A DNA stretch of 64,000 bases from Actinomycetota bacterium (GTDB lineage Bacteria > Actinomycetota > Geothermincolia > Geothermincolales > RBG-13-55-18): positions 154,553 through 218,552 of the forward strand of contig JASEFK010000006.1 in NCBI GenBank assembly GCA_030019255.1, given 5' to 3'. The translations under genes were made by a program, and so were the position numbers. The notes below the pieces were generated by a model. That model saw only the letters and a list, made by a program, of their open reading frames with translations, was not told where the DNA came from and searched no databases. Every line of letters starts with the position of its first letter. The stretch's first letter is position 1. Positions 47,052 to 56,360 of this stretch are shown here, piece by piece.

Positions 47052-48670
47052 CCCTCTCTTCCCAGCCAGTCCCTTTCCTCCAACAGTCTTTTCAACTCCG
47101 CGGCCTCGCCCTCCTTTATGCCGGAGAGGTCCATTTCCTCCTCGCCCACGTAGAGGTACGCATCCGCGGCTCCCCGCGGGTCCAGCCGGCGCAGTATATC
47201 CTGTTGCCAGCGATTAAAATCCCCCTGCAGGGGTCCCACGACCTTCCGCTGTTGAGGAAAAATGTTCCAGGGCTGGTCGCAGCATTCCCGCAGGGCCTGG
47301 AGGAAGAAGTCCAGGACCAGTCCCCTCGCCGCTTCCTGGTGCCCTTCGTCCCGGGGATCGTAATACCACAGCTCCTCGCTGTGGCCGATGGCGCCGCCTT
47401 CCCAGGCCATGTCCACGCAGGCGTCGCCCATGTCGTCCACGCAGCCGTTCCTTTCTATCCACTTGCGCTTGATGCCCTCGCTCAGGCGATCCCAGGTGAC
47501 GGCACTGTCCCAGGAATCGTTGGGCCCCAGCCCGGACTGCATCTGCCCTCCCGGCCGGAAGGCCAGGCCGGGCACCGCTCCGCTGACTATGCTCCAGGTA
47601 AAGGAGGGGCCGAGGGGGGTGCTGCCCAGGTCCAGGGCGATACCCCCGTACCTTCCGGTCACCGCCCTGGCCACCCCTTCCTTGAACTTCATCTCCTCCA
47701 CCGACTCCGCGGCGATCACCAGCATGATGCCGTGCCGCAGGGCCTGGAGAGCGTCCCTTATCCCGCTTCTCCCTTCCAGTAGCCTGCCCAGGTGGGGGAA
47801 GAGGATGAGGGGCACCACGCCCACGGCCGCCTTCTGCATGTTGTAGTCCACCCCCTCCTGGGCCAGGTCGTAGAAGGCCTCCCCGAAGGACCGGTAGTCC
47901 GGGAAAACCAGGTAGTAGAGCCGGAGCCCGGGTGGCATCTCCATCTCCAGGTCGAAGAAGAGGCCGCGCGGTCGCGGTTGCGGGGGGCCAGGCCAGGGAA
48001 AGAGCTTGAGCGCGCAGGCGGTGAAGATGCCGTTGCCGGAGAGGGCTCCCGCCTTACCCCTCATGATGCCGCGCAGGGAAGGGCCCGGGCCGTCGCCGCA
48101 GAACCACCCGCATCCCGAACCCAGGGTCCCCAGCCTCAGGACCTCGCCGTCGGGGAGCACCCATTCCACTCCCAGGAGATTGCGCGGGCTGTAGGTCCCG
48201 TCGGTCCCCGGTCCGAAGGCGGCACAGGCGCTGGCCAGGGGGGAGACTCCCGCGCCCGCGGAGATCATGTGCACGTTGAGTCCCCGCTTCATGGCCTCGG
48301 CCCTCACCTGGCCGCCGCAGGCGTAGGGCTGCACCACGGCGATCATGTTCTTCTCGTCGATGTCCAGGACGCGGTCCATGCGCCTCAGGTCCACCTGGAC
48401 CACGCCGCCGCCCGACGGTCCGGCCCACGCTCCCCAGCCGGTGGAAAAGGCCTTGAACCTCAAGCCGTGGCGATTACATATCCTTACCACTTCCTGGACC
48501 TCTTCGGTGCACCCGGGAAGGACCACCGCCTCCGGCCTGGGTACCTAGAGCCCCAGCTCGTCGTTGAAGGTGGGCTGGAAAGCGTAACCGTCCAGCACCG
48601 CCGGCTCCCGGGAGACGTTTTCCTCCCCCACCGCCTCCACCAGTTCCCGGTAGACCTCCCCGGATATCAT
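47042..48670 (-). pseudogene. FAD-linked oxidase (GlcD-like) interrupted by one in-frame TAG at codon 42
   Basis: ATG 48670 after GGAGG gives MISGEVYRELVEAVGEENVS...ELGL*VPRPEAVVLPGCTEEVQ; TAG at 48545-48547; the rest is open (DLRRM, EWVLPDG, GIFT). Confidence 0.75.
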
Positions 48671-48782
48671 GTCCCCTCCCTCGGTCGATAAGGATGCGGG
48701 CACACCTGTCATCCCCCCACGCCTCTGTCATCCCCCACGCCTATTATGGTACGCGTGCGAGCCGCCGGAAACCGGAAAGGGG

Positions 48783-51700
48783 GTGATCCGCCTGGAGGCG
48801 GGGGGAAAAAACCGGGCCAATCGACTGGTCACGAGCATCGCGGACCTCTGCCGGCGCTTCCCCACGCAGGAGAAATGGCTGCTGGTGCCCGGCTACCGCC
48901 TGGGTTACCAGTGGCTGGAGAACGTGGCCCTGGGAGGGGTTGCGGTGTTCAACCTCCGCCTTTTCACCTTGCCGTCGCTGGCCCTGCGGCTGGCGTCCCG
49001 GGCCATGCAGGACCAGGGGCTACGCTACGTGCAGGGGTTGGAATACGACCTACTGGTGGGGGAGTTGCTCTCCCGCGTCCTCCCGGAAGACGCTTACCTC
49101 CCTCGGGACCGGCTCGAACCCGAGCTGGTGCGGGCAGTGCGCAGGACCCTATCCGACCTCAGGAAAGCAGGCCTGCGCCCGCAGGACCTGGACACCCGGG
49201 CCTTCTCCCCTCCACGGAAGGGACATGAACTCAAGGCCCTGCTCGCCGGGCTGCAGGAGGAGCTTCAACGGCGGAAGCTGGTGGACTACGCCGACGTGCT
49301 GCGGATGGCCCGCCAGGCGCTCCAGCGGGGCAACCACTTTTGGCCCGAAGGGTTGCGCATCGCCGCCCCCGGGGACCTGGAATCGGACCTGGTGGGACTG
49401 GAAAGGAAGCTCTGGGAGAAAATACCAGCTCCCCTGAAGGAGGTCCTCGAGGTGGACCGTCCCGGCTCTCCCGGAGAGGAGGGAAGCGACGTGGCTCTCC
49501 TGGGCTGGCTGGGCAGACCCCACCAGGCTCCTCCTCCCGCGGGGGACGGGGCGGTGCGCATCTTCCGGGCCGTGGGGGAGACCAACGAGGTGCGGGAGGT
49601 CCTCCGCCGCTGTCTCAGGGAGGGGATACCCGCCGACCGCGTGGAGATCCTGCACACCGACTACGGTACCTATGTCCCCCGCGTCTTCGAGCTGTGCTCC
49701 CTTCTCTTCCCGGACCCGGGCGGGGATCCGCCGGCGACCTTCGCCGAGGGGCTTCCCCTGCGCCTCACCCGGCCGGGTCGGGCCCTGCTGGGATGGATAC
49801 GATGGCTCCAGGAGGACCTTTCCCCGCAGCGCCTGGCGGAGCTGGTCCAGGACGGCCTTTTGCACATCACCGCCGAGGGTGAAGATGAAGGCCGCTTCGA
49901 CCGCCTGGCCGCCCTGCTCCGAGCCCTTCCCATCCCGCGGGGGAGGGACGGTTACGACCTCATCCTCCGATCCCCGACCGCGGAAATCCCTCCCCCTCCG
50001 GAAACGGAGGGTGAGAACGGGCCCAGCCCGGCGGCCGCCTTGAGACCCGGACCGGGGGAGATGGAGCTCCTGCGGGGACTGTGCGCCGGTCTCCTCGCCA
50101 CCGTACCCGGGGATCCCTCCGACGCGCCGGGACTGCTCCGGGGAGCCGAGGAACTGCTCTCCCGGTGGGTGCGTGCCCTGGACAAGGCGGACCAGTTCGC
50201 CCTGCACCTTTTGCGGAGACGGGTGCGGGAGTTCCAACTCTCCATCAAGGGTTCCGGTCCGGACTCCCTTCCCGCCCTGGACTGGCTGGAGGACCTGGTC
50301 CGGAGCTCCAGGGTCCTCGGGGAAGGCCCCCGTCCGGGTCGCCTGCACGTGGCTCCCCTGGGAGGCGGCGGTTCCTCGGGAAGGCCGGTGACCTTCATCC
50401 TGGGGCTGGACGACGGCCGTTTCCCGGGTGCAGGACTGCAGGATCCCCTTCTCCTGGACAGCGAGCGGGAAAGCCTGTCCTCCTCGCTGGCCACGGCCGC
50501 GGACAGGCTGGCCGCGTCCCTGGAGGAACTCTCCTCGCTCTTCTCCCGTCTGCGGGGAAAGGTCGCCCTCTCCTTTTCCGGGTACCAGGTGACCGAGGAC
50601 CGCGAGATGTTTCCCTCCCAGGCCCTGGTGACCTCCTTCCGCCTTCTCACCGGGTCCCTTACCGCCACCCAGGAGGACCTTCTCCTCCACCTGGCGGACC
50701 CCGCCTCCTTCGCCGCCCGGGACCCCGAAGACGCCCTCCTCCCCTCCGAGTGGTGGCTCAGCGCCCTGGGCGGATCGCTACACGACCCGGTCCCCGGTAT
50801 CATCCTCCCGGCCCACTTTCCCCACCTGTGGCGGGGGCTCCAGGCCACCCGGGCCCGGTGCGGGGAGAACTTCACCGCCTACGACGGGTACGTGCCGGAG
50901 GCGGGCCGCGACCTGGACCCGGGGGCGGAGGGCGGCCCGGTGGTCTCCGCCAGTCGCCTGGAAACATATGGCAGGTGCCCCCTAGAGTACTTCTTCCGCT
51001 ACGTGCTGGAGGTCACCCCCCCGGAGGAATACGGCGACGACCCGGGGACTTGGCTCTCCCCGCTGGAGAGGGGGAACCTCCTGCACACCGTCTTCCGGAG
51101 GTTCCACCAAGGCTTGTCCGCCGAGGGGCGCAGCCCGAGTACCAAAGGTGATTGGCATATCCTTGAAAATATACTCCGGGAAGAGGTGGCGCGGTGGTGC
51201 CGCATGAAGCCTCCCCCCTCCCCCCGGGCCCTCGAGGAGGAGGTCCGCGAGCTGGAGAGGACGGCGCGCATCTTCCTGCAGGAGGAGGAACTCTGCTGCC
51301 GCGAGAGGGAACCCGTCTACCTGGAGGTGGCCGTAGGCATGGAAAGGGAAGGCCTCGGCAATCCCATAGACCGGGCGGAACCCCTGGAGATCCGTCTCCC
51401 CGGGGGTGAGCGTATCCGGGTGCGCGGCCGCATCGACCGTGTCGACAGGGTACGGGCAAGCACCGCCGACACCTTCCTGGTCTGTGACTACAAGACGGGC
51501 TCCAGCGGTGGTTACGACCCCTCGGATCCCTTCGGCAAGGGAAGGTTCGTCCAGAACTACCTCTACAAGGTCATGGCGGAGGACTGCCTGCGCGGTCTGC
51601 ACCCGGAAGCCAGGGTCGCCGGTTTCGAGTACTTCTTCCCCGGCACGCGGGCGCACGGTGAACGCATATACTGGGAATCCGACCTCCTCTCCGAGGGTGA

Positions 51701-51911
51701 TCGCGTACTCCACGACCTCTACCTCTCCCTGGCCGCGGGCTGCTTCCCGGCCAGCGACGATCCCAACGACATGCGATACAGCGATTTCCTGCCCGCCCTG
51801 GGGGACCCGGACGAGGCGGCGGCGTCCGCCCGAATGAAGCTGGAAAATACCGCCAACCAGATGCTGGAACCCCTGCGAAGGCTGAGGGGGTACGGGGAGG
51901 TGAAACGATGA
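48783..51911 (+). CDS. addB: AddB-like recombination subunit with PD-(D/E)XK nuclease domain
   Basis: SASRLETYGRCP, RGNLLH, RGRIDRVD, DYKTG; overlaps the addA start; start codon uncertain. Confidence 0.8.
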   Translation: MIRLEAGGKNRANRLVTSIADLCRRFPTQEKWLLVPGYRLGYQWLENVALGGVAVFNLRLFTLPSLALRLASRAMQDQGLRYVQGLEYDLLVGELLSRVLPEDAYLPRDRLEPELVRAVRRTLSDLRKAGLRPQDLDTRAFSPPRKGHELKALLAGLQEELQRRKLVDYADVLRMARQALQRGNHFWPEGLRIAAPGDLESDLVGLERKLWEKIPAPLKEVLEVDRPGSPGEEGSDVALLGWLGRPHQAPPPAGDGAVRIFRAVGETNEVREVLRRCLREGIPADRVEILHTDYGTYVPRVFELCSLLFPDPGGDPPATFAEGLPLRLTRPGRALLGWIRWLQEDLSPQRLAELVQDGLLHITAEGEDEGRFDRLAALLRALPIPRGRDGYDLILRSPTAEIPPPPETEGENGPSPAAALRPGPGEMELLRGLCAGLLATVPGDPSDAPGLLRGAEELLSRWVRALDKADQFALHLLRRRVREFQLSIKGSGPDSLPALDWLEDLVRSSRVLGEGPRPGRLHVAPLGGGGSSGRPVTFILGLDDGRFPGAGLQDPLLLDSERESLSSSLATAADRLAASLEELSSLFSRLRGKVALSFSGYQVTEDREMFPSQALVTSFRLLTGSLTATQEDLLLHLADPASFAARDPEDALLPSEWWLSALGGSLHDPVPGIILPAHFPHLWRGLQATRARCGENFTAYDGYVPEAGRDLDPGAEGGPVVSASRLETYGRCPLEYFFRYVLEVTPPEEYGDDPGTWLSPLERGNLLHTVFRRFHQGLSAEGRSPSTKGDWHILENILREEVARWCRMKPPPSPRALEEEVRELERTARIFLQEEELCCREREPVYLEVAVGMEREGLGNPIDRAEPLEIRLPGGERIRVRGRIDRVDRVRASTADTFLVCDYKTGSSGGYDPSDPFGKGRFVQNYLYKVMAEDCLRGLHPEARVAGFEYFFPGTRAHGERIYWESDLLSEGDRVLHDLYLSLAAGCFPASDDPNDMRYSDFLPALGDPDEAAASARMKLENTANQMLEPLRRLRGYGEVKR

Positions 51912-54900
51912 AGTTTCCCGAAGGCCACGGGACACGGGCCGAGGTTTCGCCCCCGGACGTGGAGGCACGTTCCCTTATCGTCACCGCCCTGGACAGGAAC
52001 CTACTGGTGGAGGCGGCGGCGGGAACCGGGAAGACCTCGGCCATGATTGCTCGCATGCTGGCCCTGCTGCGCTCCGGCTCCTGCCGCCATGTCCGGCACC
52101 TGGCGGCGGTCACCTTCACCCGCAAGGCGGCGGCGGAGATCCGCGTCCGCTTCCTGTCCGCCCTGGAACAGGCCTGGCGGGAAGCCGAGGACGGGAAGGA
52201 GAGAGAAAGGCTGGAACGTGCCCTGGAGGAAGCGGAGCAGTGCTTCATCGGTACCATCCATTCCTTTTGCGCGCGCATCCTGCGGGAAAGGCCGCTGGAG
52301 GCGGGGTTGGGGCTGGAGTTCCGGGAGATCGACGACCTGGAGGATCGGCTCCTGCGCGAGGAGGCCTGGCGGGAATTCAGTAACCGGCTCTTCCTGGGGG
52401 ATGACCGGGGACTGCTCGCCCGCCTGGAGGAGAAGGGCCTGCAGCTCTCCGACCTCGAGTCTGCTTTCCTCTCCTACGCCGATTTTCCCGACGTGGAGGA
52501 ATGGCCGCGTCCCGAAGACGTCGTGGACCTCGCCATGCTGGAAAGAGTCCGGGAAGGGCTGAGGGATTACCTCCGCCACGTGGAGGAGCTGGCCCCTTAC
52601 CTTCCCCGGGACGCGGAGAGGGACACCCTCATCCCGTTGCTGCGCCGCCTCCCCCGCGTCATCTCCCACTACCGGCTGGAAGAACCGGCGGAGCTCATGG
52701 AGGCGCTGGAACACCTGGACAGGAGCGTCTCCATAGTACAACGGGTGTGGCGGGAAAGGGCCGGCCTCAGCGGGGAGAAAGCCAAGGAGGAGAAAGAGCG
52801 CTGGGAGAGCTTCCGCGACGAGGTGGTCCGGCCCGCCCTTTCCCGGTGGCGGGAATCCCGCTACGCCCTGTGCCTGGAGGTGCTGGAGGCGGCGCGCGGC
52901 GTCTACGACGAGATGCGCAGGGAAAGGAAGCTGCTCAACTTCCAGGACTTGCTGGTGGAGGCGGCCCGCCTGCTGCGGGAAAACCCCGCGGCCAGGAAGG
53001 AGCTCCAGGGACGCTTCACCCACCTCCTGGTGGACGAGTTCCAGGACACCGACCCGGTGCAGGCGGAGATCATCTTCCTGCTCGTTTCCACTGATCCAGA
53101 GGAAAGGGACTGGCGGAAGTGCGTCCCGCGTCCCGGGTCCCTCTTCCTGGTCGGTGATCCCAAGCAGTCCATCTACCGCTTCCGCCGCGCGGACATCTCC
53201 ATCTACAACGAGGTCAAGGAGCTCGTGCAACGAGGTGGAGGACATGTCCTCAACCTGGCCGCCAACTTCCGTTCCCTGCCCGAGATCACGCACTGGGTGA
53301 ACTCCGTCTTTTCGCCGCAGGGAGGCGGGGACCCCGATACGGACGAAGCGGGAGGGTTCCCTTCCCGGGCCACCGAGTTCTCGCCCGCCTACGTGGAACT
53401 GTTCCCCGCCCTCCCGGAAGTCCCGGAGGATGGTTTCCGCGGCATATACCGGCTTACCATCCCGGGGGAACATGGCCGGACCGAGGAGGCCCTCCCCTAT
53501 CTCGCCGATCGTATCGCCCGTTTCATCGCCGGCGCCTGCTCGGGAGGGTTGAAAGTCCTGCGCCGCACCGGCAAGGAGCCTTTCTGGAGCTGCGGTCCCG
53601 CCGAGCCCTCCGACTTCCTGGTCCTCACCTACCAGAAGGGGGACCTCGCCGTCATCGCTGAAAAGCTGCAGGAGCACGGCGTACCTTGCAGGGTCAGCGG
53701 GGGGGAATCCCTGAACCGGGTGCCGGAGCTCCGGCTCCTTCACCTCTGCCTGCGAGCGGTCCTGCGGCCTTATGACTCCCTTGCCCTGCTCGCCGTCCTG
53801 CGCAGCGAGCTCTTCGGGTTCAGCGACGCCCAGCTCTACGCCTTCAAGAAGGCGGGGGGAGTCTTCTCCTACCTGGCTTCCCTCCCCTCCACCCTGGACC
53901 CGGAATTGCGGGAGCTCTTCGGTGACGCCTTCGATCGCCTGGGAGAATACAGGCGCTGGTTTCATCGCCTCCCCCTCCTGTCCGCCCTGGAGAGGATGGT
54001 CGACGACCTCGGCCTGCCGGTCTCCGCCGCGCTGCGACCGGGAGGGGACGTACAGGCGGGAAGCCTGGCCAAGGCCCTGGAGGTGCTGAGGGAGGCCGAG
54101 GAGGAGACCTGGACCACTTCCCGGCTGCTCGACCGCCTGGGGCGCCTGGCGGAAAACCGCGAGAGCTACGATGGGATATCCGCCCTTTCCGAGGAGCCCC
54201 CGGCGGTAAGGGTAATGAACCTGCACAAGGCCAAGGGGCTCGAGGCCCCGGTGGTCTTCCTGGCCGGGGTCCGCGGAGGGGGAAGCACCAGTGTGGAGAG
54301 GCACGTGGATCGATCGCCCGCCGGCACCCGCGGGTACCTGGCCATCCTTCGCGATATCTCCTCTTATAAACGGCAAGTCCTGGCCCACCCCGCGGGCTGG
54401 GAGGAACTGGAAGCCAGGGAGCAACGCTTCCTGGAAGCGGAGGCCCTCCGGCTGAGGTACGTGGCCGCCACCCGCGCCTCCAGTGCCATCGTGATAACGG
54501 TCCGGGAGAGAAACGACGCCAACCATCCCTGGCGACACTTCGCCCCGCACCTCGAGGAAGCTCCCGAACTTCCGGACCTCTCTTCCCCGGAGGGGAAGGA
54601 GGAATCCTCGCCGAAATACCAGGTGCCGCGGGTGGAGGAATTCGTCCTCTCTTCCGCCGCAAGGCGGGAATCTTTCCTCCGTCCCACTTACCAGGTTTTC
54701 GCCGCCGGGGGGCTGGCCCGTACCCCCCAGGGGGAAATCCTACCCGAGACGGGCAAGATGGAGGCGTGGTTGGAACTGGAGGAAAGCCCGCGGTCGCCAT
54801 CTCCTCCCGGCGACACCATCCTATCAGGGCAGGAGAGGACGAGGGCCGATTGCCAGGCCCCCTTGGACACGCCACCATCTCCTGCCAGCGGCAACGCCCC

Positions 54901-55546
54901 ATCAGAAAGCGGGGTTCGGCATCCCCCCTTCTCCCGCGGATCCCCCGACCCCTCGGGCGGGAAAGGGCGAGGCGAGGAGATGAGAACCCGGGACACCGTA
55001 GGAGAATCCTCCCAGAATGGGGAACCCGGCGAGGATGTTCATGGGCCGGACTTCGGGGAGGTGGTCCACCTTCTCCTCCAGGCGGCCGCGGAAGGTCCCC
55101 CCGAGGGCCTGCCCACCCTGGCCACCGCCCTATTGGAGGAGAGAGACCTGGCCCCGGAGCTGGCGCCTGAGGCGCTGCGACTGGTGGAAAGGGTAAGGTC
55201 CTCCTCCCTCTGGGCCCGGGCACTGGCCAGCCGGCAGAGGCTGGTGGAAGTGCCATTCCATTACTTGGAGGAAAAGGCCTTCCCCCTCCCCACCTTGATC
55301 AGGGGCGTAGTGGACCTCGCCTTCCGGGAGGAAGACGGCTGGGTCCTGGTGGATTACAAGACGGACCGGGAGGCCTCACGGGATCCCCTGCGCACGGCAC
55401 GCAGGTATCTCCCCCAGGTCCGCCTTTACGCCTCCGCCTGGGAACGCATGCTCGGGGAAAGGGTTAAGGAGGCCTTCATCTACCTGCTGGAGCCTGACCT
55501 TGTGTATCGCTTAAGGCCCGTGGCGGATGGCCGGGGTGCAGGTTGA
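51908..55546 (+). CDS. addA: AddA-like UvrD helicase/nuclease
   Basis: AAAGTGKT, TFTRKAA, TIHSF, VDEFQDT, VGDPKQSIYRFR, NFRS, LHKAKGLE, YVAATRA, GVVDL..VDYKT. Confidence 0.9.
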   Translation: MKFPEGHGTRAEVSPPDVEARSLIVTALDRNLLVEAAAGTGKTSAMIARMLALLRSGSCRHVRHLAAVTFTRKAAAEIRVRFLSALEQAWREAEDGKERERLERALEEAEQCFIGTIHSFCARILRERPLEAGLGLEFREIDDLEDRLLREEAWREFSNRLFLGDDRGLLARLEEKGLQLSDLESAFLSYADFPDVEEWPRPEDVVDLAMLERVREGLRDYLRHVEELAPYLPRDAERDTLIPLLRRLPRVISHYRLEEPAELMEALEHLDRSVSIVQRVWRERAGLSGEKAKEEKERWESFRDEVVRPALSRWRESRYALCLEVLEAARGVYDEMRRERKLLNFQDLLVEAARLLRENPAARKELQGRFTHLLVDEFQDTDPVQAEIIFLLVSTDPEERDWRKCVPRPGSLFLVGDPKQSIYRFRRADISIYNEVKELVQRGGGHVLNLAANFRSLPEITHWVNSVFSPQGGGDPDTDEAGGFPSRATEFSPAYVELFPALPEVPEDGFRGIYRLTIPGEHGRTEEALPYLADRIARFIAGACSGGLKVLRRTGKEPFWSCGPAEPSDFLVLTYQKGDLAVIAEKLQEHGVPCRVSGGESLNRVPELRLLHLCLRAVLRPYDSLALLAVLRSELFGFSDAQLYAFKKAGGVFSYLASLPSTLDPELRELFGDAFDRLGEYRRWFHRLPLLSALERMVDDLGLPVSAALRPGGDVQAGSLAKALEVLREAEEETWTTSRLLDRLGRLAENRESYDGISALSEEPPAVRVMNLHKAKGLEAPVVFLAGVRGGGSTSVERHVDRSPAGTRGYLAILRDISSYKRQVLAHPAGWEELEAREQRFLEAEALRLRYVAATRASSAIVITVRERNDANHPWRHFAPHLEEAPELPDLSSPEGKEESSPKYQVPRVEEFVLSSAARRESFLRPTYQVFAAGGLARTPQGEILPETGKMEAWLELEESPRSPSPPGDTILSGQERTRADCQAPLDTPPSPASGNAPSESGVRHPPFSRGSPDPSGGKGRGEEMRTRDTVGESSQNGEPGEDVHGPDFGEVVHLLLQAAAEGPPEGLPTLATALLEERDLAPELAPEALRLVERVRSSSLWARALASRQRLVEVPFHYLEEKAFPLPTLIRGVVDLAFREEDGWVLVDYKTDREASRDPLRTARRYLPQVRLYASAWERMLGERVKEAFIYLLEPDLVYRLRPVADGRGAG

Positions 55547-55690
55547 TCTTTCCATGCACGGGGTATGATGGATAAAGGAATGCGTGAAGTCCGGCGACAA
55601 GCCCGGCCAGTTAAAGCATGCAAGCGCATCCGCGGACCGGATGATGGATGGATAAATACGCGAGGTCCGGCGACGAACAAGGGAGGTAAA

Positions 55691-56284
55691 ATGAAATATC
55701 GCCTGTTAATCTTCATCCCGGCCTCGGTATTCCTTCTTTCCATCGGCCTCCTCGTCGGATGCTCCAGAACGGAGGTGGAAGGGACCCGGGGACAGGATTC
55801 CGGGAGCCTGCAGACCGACCCACGCTACCAGGATGGTTACGGCGCTGGCTTCCGGGAAGGCTACAAACGCGGATACGCGGACGGCGGCCTGGGAGCCCAC
55901 GACCCCCAACCTGAAACGGACCCCGGATGGGACCCTTACTACGCTTCCGGTTACCGGGATGGTTTCCTCGAGGGCTACGAAAAGGGCTACGCGCGAGCCC
56001 GGGGCGAAGCCGCCGAAAGGGAGGAAGAAGGCGAGGAAAGCGGAGACGAGATGGCGGAGGTGGAGGCGGCGATGCTCGCCTTCGCCAAGTTCTGCTCCTC
56101 CTCAGGCCTGGAATTCCGCATCCAGGACATCGTCATCCATGGGGACGAGGCGGCCGGGATAGCCGTGTGCACCAACGAGATATTGGAGCACGCCCTGGTG
56201 ATCGTGAGGAAAGGGCCTTCGGGCTGGTACGGCGTGGATTTCGGGACCGGTATCGAGCCTCCGCCCTGGTACCCCTACTACTGA
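55691..56284 (+). CDS. Lipoprotein with GY/GF-xx repeats
   Basis: GGAGG RBS; MKYR plus hydrophobic stretch and LLVGC lipobox; two (G-Y/F-x-x)n tracts. Confidence 0.75.
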   Translation: MKYRLLIFIPASVFLLSIGLLVGCSRTEVEGTRGQDSGSLQTDPRYQDGYGAGFREGYKRGYADGGLGAHDPQPETDPGWDPYYASGYRDGFLEGYEKGYARARGEAAEREEEGEESGDEMAEVEAAMLAFAKFCSSSGLEFRIQDIVIHGDEAAGIAVCTNEILEHALVIVRKGPSGWYGVDFGTGIEPPPWYPYY

Positions 56285-56360
56285 CGGGAATTAAGTATTT
56301 TTCCGCGTTCCGCCGGAAAACCCGGTCCATGCGGGAATGTGAACAGGAACCTCACCGGGC

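Noticed and set aside
38577..48547. Genome-wide amber recoding suggested by two in-frame TAGs
   Set aside because: TAG ends several intact genes here (e.g. at 19605, 26829), one of the two genes has other lesions, and no pyl genes are visible
52001..54550. 849-aa minus-strand ORF and similar long antisense ORFs (6644-7888, 13622-15196, 56427-58574)
   Set aside because: Shadows of real genes caused by high GC3; no motifs
48783..55546. Novel helicase-nuclease defence system or Cas4-linked locus
   Set aside because: Order and motifs fit housekeeping AddAB; no CRISPR repeats or cas genes
55835..55995. Short repeated DNA units
   Set aside because: Explained by G-Y/F-x-x peptide repeats of the lipoprotein; not a CRISPR array or iteron
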